Source: an uncultured Methanosarcinales archaeon (GTDB lineage Archaea; Nanobdellota; Nanobdellia; Woesearchaeales; GW2011-AR9). Taken from it: 64,000 nt of DNA. Positions 1 to 8,220 of this stretch are shown here, piece by piece (the first letter of the stretch is position 1; each line of letters opens with the position of its first letter). The translations under genes were made by a program, and so were the position numbers. Below the pieces are notes generated by a model that had not been told where the DNA came from, ran no database searches, and saw only the letters and a list, made by a program, of their open reading frames with translations. The stretch lies in contig CAZRZP010000006.1 in assembly GCA_964604645.1 (NCBI GenBank), positions 1,953 to 65,952 on the forward strand. The letters run 5' to 3'.

Positions 1-44
1 TGATATAAATAATTTAATTGTTAAGTGTTCAATAATTCAAGTTG

Positions 45-452
45 TTAATAATTTTGCATTCGATAATAAATGTGTATTTTGCCTTTTTGTGTTTTACCAC
101 TTTTTTTAAAACCAAATCGTTCGTAGAAATCAACAGTATCTTTTGGGGCCATAACATATAATTGTTTATAATCGTTTAGAACTTGTTTTAGAAGAGATGT
201 TCCAACACCTTTTTTGCGAAAGACTGAATCAATTGCAACTCTTTGAATTCTATAAACATTGCCATCTTTCCTAACCCTGACAGTTGCTATAACTTTACCT
301 GCTTCTTTGACAATATAAATCCTGGCAGAAAGATCATACATATCTGGCTCATCTCTATATGAAGAAAACTTAAACTCTCTAACTAAAACTTTACGGCGTA
401 AAAAAATAGCTTGAAGAAAATCTTTCTTAGTTTTTGCAATCGTAACATTCAT
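45..452 (-). CDS. GNAT family N-acetyltransferase
   Basis: Acetyl-CoA motif A (RVAIDSVFRKKGVG) and FYERFGF. Start moved to ATG 452 (MNVTIAK) because the upstream extension overlaps a structured RNA. Confidence 0.85.
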   Translation of the reverse strand: MNVTIAKTKKDFLQAIFLRRKVLVREFKFSSYRDEPDMYDLSARIYIVKEAGKVIATVRVRKDGNVYRIQRVAIDSVFRKKGVGTSLLKQVLNDYKQLYVMAPKDTVDFYERFGFKKSGKTQKGKIHIYYRMQNY

Positions 453-459
453 GATATAT

Positions 460-533
460 TGTGGGCATTCAGTAGTTACTTCCGTATGGCATAAAGAGCC
501 AAGGGTGTTCACTTCATCATCATGCTTTCCACA
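460..533 (-). ncRNA. Candidate box C/D (K-turn) small RNA
   Basis: Minus strand reads UGUGGAAAGCAU-GAU-GAUGA...CUGA-AUGCCCACA. Box C AUGAUGA at 514-520, box D CUGA at 469-472. GCAU/AUGC stem, 3-nt bulge and tandem GA give a canonical K-turn. TATA-like element about 25 nt upstream. Confidence 0.65.
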
Positions 534-631
534 TAGCAAAAATAGCTTGATTTAATAAAAACCTTTGGGCAGCAATCTGTATATTGGAGAAAAATCTTGT
601 AAATAGCCAATTAGCAAGCTGAAAATTACAC

Positions 632-644
632 AAAGCTTTATAAA
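632..644 (+). promoter_or_regulatory. BRE/TATA promoter of the cold-shock gene
   Basis: AAAGC-TTTATAAA upstream of a GGAGG Shine-Dalgarno and ATG 712. Confidence 0.55.
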
Positions 645-711
645 GCGGTTGGTCAACTTCCGGTCCAGAGTAAACAGAGCCTAAGATTTGGCTCAAGTTG
701 GAGGAAAAAGA

Positions 712-1167
712 ATGGAAGGAACAGTAAAGTTTTACAACAGGAAAAAAGGATTTGGGTTCGTTCAAGGGGACGACGGAAAGGACTACTTTGTACACTTCAC
801 GGCTTTGCCGCAAGGAGTGTTCTTAAGAGATAACGATAAAGTATCTTTTAATGCAAGCGAAGGCGAAAGAGGTTTGAAAGCTGAAGGAGTACAACTACTT
901 GAAAAAGGCAGTGAACGTGAAGACGCAGGTTATGACCAGGAAGAATCTGAACAATCAGCGGAAGAACCAGCTCAAGAAGAAGCAACTGAAGAGCCTGAAG
1001 CAGAAGCGGAAGAACCAGCTCAAGAAGAAGCAACTGAAGAGCCTGAAGCAGAAGCAGAAGAACCAGCTCAAGATGAAGCAACTGAAGAGCCTGAAGCAGA
1101 AGCAGAAGAACCAGCTCAAGAAGCTGAAACAACAGAAGAGTCTACTGAAGAAGAAAAAACCGAATAG
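712..1167 (+). CDS. Cold-shock domain protein with acidic repetitive C-terminal tail
   Basis: GTVKFYN, KGFGFV (RNP1) and YFVHFT (RNP2). ATG 712 is preceded by GGAGG. Confidence 0.9.
   Translation: MEGTVKFYNRKKGFGFVQGDDGKDYFVHFTALPQGVFLRDNDKVSFNASEGERGLKAEGVQLLEKGSEREDAGYDQEESEQSAEEPAQEEATEEPEAEAEEPAQEEATEEPEAEAEEPAQDEATEEPEAEAEEPAQEAETTEESTEEEKTE
958..1125 (+). repeat. 48-bp coding tandem repeat, about 3.5 copies (AEEPAQEEATEEPEAE)
   Basis: Near-identical units start at 958, 1006 and 1054, with a partial copy at 1102. Confidence 0.9.
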
Positions 1168-1220
1168 GTCGATTTTTTATTATTTTTTTGTTTTTTTTAT
1201 ATTGATTAATTTTAATATAT

Positions 1221-2246
1221 TTATTTTGATAATTTTAATACTTTTATGTCAAAACAAATCCTATATACGCTTGGAGAAAATTGGCCACATTTAACAGTTT
1301 TTAAAAAGCGGATAGAAGGAGAAACACGGCGAATATTTTGTTTAAATTTGTTAATCTCATTTTCTTGCAAAAAAGCATAGAGATGAATAATTGTACCAGA
1401 TTTAGATTTTTTTAATGCTAATGGAAAAAACAATTCCCCAGTTTTTGGCAAAGGAAGAAGAATACGATCAAATTTTTGCCTTAGTGAAGGAATAATTCTA
1501 TTAACATTTCCTTCAAGAACAACAATTTTGTCTTGCATTTTATTCAAGTCAACATTTTGTAAAGCAAGCTGATGAGCTAATGGATTTAATTCAACACTAA
1601 CAATTTTTTTAGGTTGACTATTACGAGCAATAACTAAAGAAAGAGGGCAAATGCCTGAAAACATAACTAAAATTTTCTCACCAGGTTTAACTTGCTTTGC
1701 TATCCTTAATCTTTCATTGGCTGTACGAGAAGAGTAGTATGCATTTTCTAGATGTACTTTTAAGGCTACACCGTTCTCATGATGAGTTGTTTGTTTAGTT
1801 TTTATTCCTGCAAGAATTTTAACTTTCCTTGTACGAAAAGTTCCAGAATGAATTTTGTCCTTCTTAACAACAGTTTTAATATTTTTATTAGAATTTAGAA
1901 ATGCTTCTGCAATAATTTTTTCTTTAGACTTTAACTTATCTGGAATCTCTAATATCATAATTGAGCCGATAATTTCTTGTGCTCTTGGGAGAAGTTCCAT
2001 CTCATTTGTATTTAATTTTCCACGCAGTAACGTTTTAGTATCTAGAGTCCTTTCTCTCTTTGTAAAAGTAAATTTTGTATTGACTATTTTTGCCTGTGGA
2101 ATTTTTTTGATTTTTGTATTTATTATTGGAAAATAGATATGATTTAATTCTTTTATAGGATTATAAGAAAATTGTAAAATCTTTTTGCTCTGCAAAAAAC
2201 GTTTAACCTTTTGAGCATATTTTAATTCTGTGAAAGCTGCTAACAT
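1221..2246 (-). CDS. trm5: tRNA (guanine37-N1) methyltransferase, Trm5/Met-10+ family
   Basis: IIGSIMI, HHENG, YYSSR..NERLRI, MFSGICP SAM-binding motif, ELNP, PLPK. Confidence 0.85.
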   Translation of the reverse strand: MLAAFTELKYAQKVKRFLQSKKILQFSYNPIKELNHIYFPIINTKIKKIPQAKIVNTKFTFTKRERTLDTKTLLRGKLNTNEMELLPRAQEIIGSIMILEIPDKLKSKEKIIAEAFLNSNKNIKTVVKKDKIHSGTFRTRKVKILAGIKTKQTTHHENGVALKVHLENAYYSSRTANERLRIAKQVKPGEKILVMFSGICPLSLVIARNSQPKKIVSVELNPLAHQLALQNVDLNKMQDKIVVLEGNVNRIIPSLRQKFDRILLPLPKTGELFFPLALKKSKSGTIIHLYAFLQENEINKFKQNIRRVSPSIRFLKTVKCGQFSPSVYRICFDIKVLKLSK

Positions 2247-2282
2247 AAGAAAACAAATATTTCCTGCTATTTAAATTTTGAC

Positions 2283-3311
2283 CTAAAAAAAACTACTTAA
2301 CCCTTTCTGGGCTGTTCCCATAGAATTCTTCTGCATTTTTTCTAATCTTGTTTTTACTCTATCTTCAGCAAAGCCATACTCAGAAACTAACAAGTGAATA
2401 AGCTCCTCGTTATTTATTTTGCCCCATTCTAAATTATAATCATCCGTAACAGGAATATCTTTAATTGTATCAAAAATTTCTTTCCAATGTAAATCAGGAT
2501 TATGTTCAGACCATTTGACAGCTTCAAAAATGTCTTCAGGAGCTTTGTGTTCATGAAGCAATTTTAATCCTTTTTTGGGGCCAATTCCTTTAATTCCCCC
2601 TGGATTATAATCCGTTCCAACTAGTATTGCTAAAATAATCAACTGATCTCTATTAAGTTTTAGTTCATTTAAAACATCCTGTAACTTAATCATCTCAGGA
2701 GAATAGCGTTGGTAAGTTGGTCCTTTTTTGCGTTTACCTGCTAACGATAAATTTCTAATCAATCTTGTTGCACCAAATATTAAATTGTCAAAATCCTGAC
2801 TTACAACACCATAACAATCTCCTTTCGAAACCATATAGGCAGCCTGAGCTTCACCTTCAGAAGGGGCTTGAACTATTGGGATTCCTAAAGCAACTAAAAT
2901 GTTTTTTGCATCTTCTACCATCTCTTTAGACAAAGAAACTTTTTGACGAGCAAATTTTTTCATTTCATCTTGATCTCCTGCTTCCTCCGCTATAAGGTAC
3001 TTTTCCTTTGCTGTTTCTTTTACGGCCCTTCTGATTTCCCAAGTCTTTCTTTTAATCTCTGGAGGTTTTCCGTCAAAAACAAAAACTAGTTTAATACCTG
3101 CTTCCATTAATGTAACTGTACGGTTAAATAAACCAATTAAGTGTGAAGTAACTCGGCCTTTTGAATCAGTCAAAGGAGAACCATCCATCCCAACTATTGT
3201 TGTAAGAAACTGATATAAGATATTCATTGAATCTACCGATAAGATTTTTCCATTTAATTCTTTAAGAGAAATTTCTTTTGGGTTGACAATCCCTTTGAAT
3301 TTAAGTCCCAT
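2283..3311 (-). CDS. fen: Flap endonuclease 1
   Basis: VFVFDGKPP, APSEGEAQAA, SQDFD, GTDYNPGGIKGIGPK and a C-terminal PIP box (QKGLSSFF). Confidence 0.97.
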   Translation of the reverse strand: MGLKFKGIVNPKEISLKELNGKILSVDSMNILYQFLTTIVGMDGSPLTDSKGRVTSHLIGLFNRTVTLMEAGIKLVFVFDGKPPEIKRKTWEIRRAVKETAKEKYLIAEEAGDQDEMKKFARQKVSLSKEMVEDAKNILVALGIPIVQAPSEGEAQAAYMVSKGDCYGVVSQDFDNLIFGATRLIRNLSLAGKRKKGPTYQRYSPEMIKLQDVLNELKLNRDQLIILAILVGTDYNPGGIKGIGPKKGLKLLHEHKAPEDIFEAVKWSEHNPDLHWKEIFDTIKDIPVTDDYNLEWGKINNEELIHLLVSEYGFAEDRVKTRLEKMQKNSMGTAQKGLSSFF

Positions 3312-3354
3312 AACAATTATTCCTAATTACTTTGATTTAAAAGAGTATTGGAAA

Positions 3355-4611
3355 TTATTCGATTTTATGTAAGGCTACATTTTGAAAAGCTTCTGTCTCG
3401 ATCATTTCCAAAGCCTTACTGGTAATTTGTTTGGTATAAATGAAAAGGAGAGGTAAGCGTTTGATTTGAGCTTCCATGTAAGCGGCGGAGATATCTTTTT
3501 CGTCAACTCTAGCTTTTTTCTTTGCTTTACAATAATAAGTTACTGTACCAACTACAGAAGGAACGTTTATCAAAAAGTTTACTTCGGAATTTTTTCTAAT
3601 TATTTCTTTTTGATCAATTATAATTTCTTTTACCTTAAAGAATTCTGAGATTATAGGAAGGAAATTATCTTCTATTTTTGTTTTCTTTCTTTTAGGTTTA
3701 GTTGTATCTTTTTCTAATATATGTGAAGATTCTTTTGGCTTCTCTACTTTTTTATTTAGTTCATTTTCTAATTTGGAAGTTGTGTCATCTAGCTGAGGTT
3801 CTCCAATTAGAGCTTCTTTAACTTCTTCAACTGGTGCAACTTCCTTAATTTCTTCAATAACTGGTTCATCCTTAATTGTTACTTTAGGTTTATCTAGAAT
3901 TACTCTTGATTTTTCCTCTTTCACTGGTTCTTCTTTTAATTGCTCCACTTTTGATGCCTCTGGTTCAATGTTTATTTCTATTGACTCAGCTATTTCAAGA
4001 GGAGGCAACGGTTCATTTTCAACATTTACTTCTGAGGCAGTAGATGTAGGGTCTTTCTCAGCACTAGTTTCAGAAACTGTCTCAACAACTGGCAAAGTTT
4101 CCTCCGATGAAATTTCAGAAGGACTTGGCTCTGCTTCTGGTATTACAGGTTGTTGTTCTTCAATTTCTGGTCCAACGTGTTGTTGAATTATCTGATTTGT
4201 TTCTTCAGAAGATAATGAGAACCATTTCCAAAAGATCTCTCTATTACCAGCCAACATAACTTGCAAAGGTACTGCAAAATCTTTCAACTGTCGCAAGGCA
4301 ACTTTACTAAGTAAATCTAATTCACTCTCCCTCAAAATCTTGTCAACTTTAAGACGTTCCAGAACTGCATAATCTTTTGGATTTACATTTTCAGCTGCAA
4401 AAGGAAAAATTTGACTTTCTTGACCAGGAAGATAATACAATGGTGATCCACCAATTTTCATATAAGTAATCTTTACCTTTCCTTGTGATTTTAAATCAGA
4501 TAAATGAGCAGATGCAATTAGAATATTAGTATTAATATTCTTAGCTACTTTTGAGGGTAATGTTGGTCCAGAAGTACGTAAAAAATCCAGCACTTTATCT
4601 TGTTGTTGCAT
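3355..4611 (-). CDS. Hypothetical protein: N-terminal winged HTH, acidic linker, C-terminal restriction-endonuclease-like fold
   Basis: 418-aa ORF with an HTH-like N-terminus (GPTLPSKVAK..ASAHLSDL..GKVK), an E/P-rich middle and an alpha/beta C-terminus. Confidence 0.6.
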   Translation of the reverse strand: MQQQDKVLDFLRTSGPTLPSKVAKNINTNILIASAHLSDLKSQGKVKITYMKIGGSPLYYLPGQESQIFPFAAENVNPKDYAVLERLKVDKILRESELDLLSKVALRQLKDFAVPLQVMLAGNREIFWKWFSLSSEETNQIIQQHVGPEIEEQQPVIPEAEPSPSEISSEETLPVVETVSETSAEKDPTSTASEVNVENEPLPPLEIAESIEINIEPEASKVEQLKEEPVKEEKSRVILDKPKVTIKDEPVIEEIKEVAPVEEVKEALIGEPQLDDTTSKLENELNKKVEKPKESSHILEKDTTKPKRKKTKIEDNFLPIISEFFKVKEIIIDQKEIIRKNSEVNFLINVPSVVGTVTYYCKAKKKARVDEKDISAAYMEAQIKRLPLLFIYTKQITSKALEMIETEAFQNVALHKIE

Positions 4612-4769
4612 CGTCTTTTTTGTAGGATGCTCATTTTAAATAGTTTTCTGGGCTACAGAGTACAGGAAATTTATATATAATTAAATTAAAGTGAAAACAA
4701 TCAAATTAAATAGATAGTTGAACATATAGAATTGATAAATAATTCATGGACAGATAATTGATAGATAAA

Positions 4770-5363
4770 CTAAGGGCGCATCCATCTAACTTCGTAATAA
4801 GTTACGTCTCCCTCATCATCTACAACACCTAGCAGTAACTTTTTCTTAGTAGAATGGGCAACTCTATTTTTGGCGGAAAATTCATGCCAAGTATATACAG
4901 AAGCTTCATGTACCGGAAAAACTATCCATTTAGCGTGATCTTCACCAGGTTTAACTCCCCTATCATAAACTCTAAAATCCGCTCCGAACTTTAATGCAGT
5001 CTTAATAATATAGCCCCTGTTTCGAACATCTCTAAAGACAATATATCTTACCCAAAAATTAGGTTCAACTTTTCTTGCTTTCTTCACATAAGATTCGAAT
5101 TTTATAACTCTCCCTGCTTCAGTTTTGATAATTAACCTTTTTTTCTCCATTAAATATAAAGCTTCTAACAGAGATAATTCTACTTTACCGTCATTATTCA
5201 ATACCCCAAATCTACTTTGATTATAAAATTCTCTGGCATCATCACTGTTCTCAGTTAAAACTCTCTCTCCAATAAATCTAGATAAAACTTGTTTCTTTTT
5301 TGTCTTTTGATCTGATTTAGCTTCATCTTCTTTTATCTCAGGTTGTTTCTTTTTCCTTGGCAT
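4770..5363 (-). CDS. endA: tRNA-splicing endonuclease, catalytic subunit
   Basis: LSLLEALYL, RGY..KTALKFGADFRVY..G...DHA, RVAHSTKK; the Tyr/His/Lys triad is present. Confidence 0.95.
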   Translation of the reverse strand: MPRKKKQPEIKEDEAKSDQKTKKKQVLSRFIGERVLTENSDDAREFYNQSRFGVLNNDGKVELSLLEALYLMEKKRLIIKTEAGRVIKFESYVKKARKVEPNFWVRYIVFRDVRNRGYIIKTALKFGADFRVYDRGVKPGEDHAKWIVFPVHEASVYTWHEFSAKNRVAHSTKKKLLLGVVDDEGDVTYYEVRWMRP

Positions 5364-5430
5364 AATGTCTGTTTAAGAAGGACGTTTAAAAACCTTTCCT
5401 GAATTAGTCAAATTAAGTTAGATTATTTAT

Positions 5431-6102
5431 TTATATTTGAGCCACGCAATCTTCATTCCAACTCCACCAGTTATCATTTCCAATAATAATATGGTCCAAA
5501 AGAGGAATCCCCATCGTTTCTCCAGATATTTTCAAGATTTTAGTAACAGATATATCTTCTTTTGAGGGAGAGGGATCTCCAGAGGGATGGTTATGTAACA
5601 CGATGATTGAATTTGCCATTGCTTTTACAGCACTATGAAAAACTTCTCTAGGATGGACAACTGAAGAATTTATCGTTCCAATTGAAATAATAGAGTCGCT
5701 AATAATCTTATTTTTTGTATCTAAGAAAATTCCAATGAATTGTTCTTTCTGCAAATTTCTCATTTTTGGAATATAAATGTCAGCGATATCTTTTGCATCC
5801 CGGATTACTTTGTTATCATTTGATTCTTTAGTAAACCTCTGAGCAATTTCAAAAAGGGCAATGATTTGACAGGCTTTGGCCTGTCCGATACCATGAAGAT
5901 TTTTTAATTCTTGTAAAGAAAGTCGCGATAATTGATGTAAATTTGAGGCAAGTAAATTATGAGCAATTTCTAAGACACTTTTTTCTTTAGTACCAAATTT
6001 AAGTATTATTGCTAACAATTCAGCCGTAGATAAAGAAGCAGAACCCACTTTACTAAGCCTTTCTCTAGGCCTTTCCTTTACACACATTGATTTGATATTC
6101 AT
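5431..6102 (-). CDS. radC: RadC/UPF0758 JAB-domain protein
   Basis: ERPRERL, HhH motif GIGQAKA, HPREVF, HNHPSGD, LLDHIII. Confidence 0.95.
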   Translation of the reverse strand: MNIKSMCVKERPRERLSKVGSASLSTAELLAIILKFGTKEKSVLEIAHNLLASNLHQLSRLSLQELKNLHGIGQAKACQIIALFEIAQRFTKESNDNKVIRDAKDIADIYIPKMRNLQKEQFIGIFLDTKNKIISDSIISIGTINSSVVHPREVFHSAVKAMANSIIVLHNHPSGDPSPSKEDISVTKILKISGETMGIPLLDHIIIGNDNWWSWNEDCVAQI

Positions 6103-6264
6103 ATGAATTGTAGGATTTATTGTTTTTTAAGTTCTACTTGTGGTTGTCTTGTGGGTTGTGGAGATTAAAAATCAGTAAAAGCTCCAGAATTGTAAATATT
6201 CTAATAGGTTATAACCAACCCGTGTCAACAATAATTATAAAAACTGTAGTCTCTTCCTAAGCCT

Positions 6265-7086
6265 ATGGTGTTAGAAGTTTTAGTAAACCCTAGTAAAGTT
6301 TCTGGAAAACCTTGGGAAATGTTTTTTATCGGGGGAATGTATTCATTAGTAAGTGCATTGCTAGCTTTCTGGGTGTTTGATAGTTATGTAAGTGTTGTAA
6401 TGGTGACATTTACTACAATTGCAGCAATTCCTTTTGTTAGAAGTGCATTGGTTGAAGAAGAAGCAAAGGAAAGGGAAAGCAATGGAGAAAGTATGGTTTC
6501 TTCACATATGAAGATCCTGAGTATGTTTACGTTTCTCTTTCTAGGTTTTGTGACTGTATTCCTAAGTATTTTTTTAATTTTACCAGAAGAAAGTGCATCC
6601 CACATGTTCGCTGCACAAGTGGATGCAATCCAAGAAGTACAGAATAGTGTTACTGGAAGTTTTTGGAATGTTTTTTCATTGTTTGGTGCTGTATTGTTGA
6701 ATAATCTAAAAGTGTTGGTGCTTTGTTTAATATTTTCATTGATATATGGTTCTGGAGCCATCTTTATTTTAGCTTGGAACGCTTCAGTCATGGGAAGTGC
6801 AATTGGCATAGGTATTGAGAGAGCTATTGATGCAAGCAGTACGTCGTTTCAAGCTGTTTCAACAAATTTAATGGGATATTTCTTACATGGAATTCCAGAG
6901 ATATTAGCATATTTTGTAGGAGGACTTGCGGGAGGGATTTTATCTGTTGCAATAGTTAATGAAAAATTTGGAGATGTATCATTTAAGAGAGCATTTACAG
7001 ATTCGATAAATTTAGTATTATTTGCTGTAATTGTGCTGGTATTTGCCGGTTTGATTGAAGTATTCGTCTCTCCATCAATATTATAA
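6265..7086 (+). CDS. SpoIIM/DUF95-family membrane protein
   Basis: Multiple TM segments, LLNNLKV, HGIPEILAY, AGLIEVFVSP. Confidence 0.8.
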   Translation: MVLEVLVNPSKVSGKPWEMFFIGGMYSLVSALLAFWVFDSYVSVVMVTFTTIAAIPFVRSALVEEEAKERESNGESMVSSHMKILSMFTFLFLGFVTVFLSIFLILPEESASHMFAAQVDAIQEVQNSVTGSFWNVFSLFGAVLLNNLKVLVLCLIFSLIYGSGAIFILAWNASVMGSAIGIGIERAIDASSTSFQAVSTNLMGYFLHGIPEILAYFVGGLAGGILSVAIVNEKFGDVSFKRAFTDSINLVLFAVIVLVFAGLIEVFVSPSIL

Positions 7087-7158
7087 GCAAGAAAATTAAA
7101 AAAATAAGATAATTAAAAAATTATAAGTAAGAAAAAAATAAGGGAAGCAATAAATAAA

Positions 7159-7596
7159 ATGAAAAAGAAAAAACAGAGTGAAGAAAGAAATAGGAAAGTC
7201 AGTAGCAAATTGAAAAAGTACAGAGAATTGCATGTTATTGATAAAGTAATTGATGTTCTTCTTGCGCTAACAATCGTCGGAGGACTAACACTATTTGTTG
7301 TTCATTTAATTAATCCATTTGAGAAAGCTAATACTTTACTAATATATTTTGACGTTATTTTTGTAGGAGTTTTATTTGTAGATTTAGGAAGGACATTTTT
7401 CAAAAGCAAGAATTTTTTGGATTTTACAAGACATCACTGGCTAGATTTAGTAATTCTTTCTGTAACTATAGTTTCACTCTCATCCATTCTGTATATGGGT
7501 TTAGGTAGAGTAAGCTGGTTATTACGTGAAGAAAAAGTTTTGCAAAGTGCAGGTAAAATTACTCAAACAGGAATTTTCAGAAGATTATTTCGCTAG
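7159..7596 (+). CDS. Small membrane protein resembling ion-channel S1-S4 segments
   Basis: FDVIFVGVLFVDL...FTRHHWLDLV resembles S2/S3 of prokaryotic ion-transport domains; no pore region. Confidence 0.5.
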   Translation: MKKKKQSEERNRKVSSKLKKYRELHVIDKVIDVLLALTIVGGLTLFVVHLINPFEKANTLLIYFDVIFVGVLFVDLGRTFFKSKNFLDFTRHHWLDLVILSVTIVSLSSILYMGLGRVSWLLREEKVLQSAGKITQTGIFRRLFR

Positions 7597-8220
7597 ATTT
7601 GTTAATTCAGTGTAGGCTTTCTTTGGGTTATCAGATTTAGAGATATATGATCCTGAAACAAAATAATCTGCCCCAAACTTTTTTGCTTGTTTAATTGTAG
7701 TAGGATTCATTCCACCATCTACGATCACGTCAATGCTTGGTTTATCTCTTTTGATCTGTTGAATTTTTCCCAATGGACCTTTAAGATATCTTGCCCCATA
7801 AAAACCAGGGTGAACAGTTAAAATTAACACAACATCGATGTCATCAATAAACGGTTTTATTAAAGAATAATTTGTTTCTGGTTTCAATGCAAATCCCACC
7901 TTGTAATCCTGTTGCTTCATCCATGAAATATATTTTGGGATGTCTAAAATTTCTTCAACCTGAGGGATGCAAACTTCCATCTTGTCCCCATATTTTCTGA
8001 TCCACTTTTCTGGATGCTGAATCATTAAGTGAGCATTGTATGTAAACTTATCATTAAGTTCAAGAGGAAAATTTAAGGCTTTTCCAGGAACAGCTTTTCC
8101 ATCTGCTACATCTAAATGAAGTTCGTGAGCAACACCCTCAAGTTTATTAAAAAGTGCAGTCATTTCTTCCTGGCTTTGCGCCATTACCGAAGGATATATT
8201 CTTTGTTTCATTTTTTGCAT
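7585..8220 (-). CDS. rpe: Ribulose-phosphate 3-epimerase
   Basis: HLDVADG, AHLM, TVHPGFYG, VDGGMN, GAD.FVSGS. Confidence 0.93.
   Translation of the reverse strand: MQKMKQRIYPSVMAQSQEEMTALFNKLEGVAHELHLDVADGKAVPGKALNFPLELNDKFTYNAHLMIQHPEKWIRKYGDKMEVCIPQVEEILDIPKYISWMKQQDYKVGFALKPETNYSLIKPFIDDIDVVLILTVHPGFYGARYLKGPLGKIQQIKRDKPSIDVIVDGGMNPTTIKQAKKFGADYFVSGSYISKSDNPKKAYTELTNLAK

Noticed and set aside
453-539. N-terminal extension of the GNAT ORF
   Set aside because: It coincides with the K-turn RNA; the GNAT fold starts at ATG 452.
958-1125. Tandem repeats as a CRISPR array
   Set aside because: The units are contiguous, in frame and have no unique spacers; no cas genes are nearby.
848-1294. Leu-rich and Lys-rich ORFs 848-1132 (-) and 899-1294 (+)
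   Set aside because: These are alternative-frame shadows of the acidic repeat in the cold-shock gene.
4700-4770. AATTGATA(A/G)ATAA repeated twice downstream of endA, as a possible origin or iteron
   Set aside because: Only two copies in very AT-rich DNA, with no ORB-like G-string and no adjacent cdc6/orc1.
5431-6102. radC as a marker of a mobile element
   Set aside because: It is the full-length HhH + JAB chromosomal form, with no integrase, transposase or att repeats nearby.
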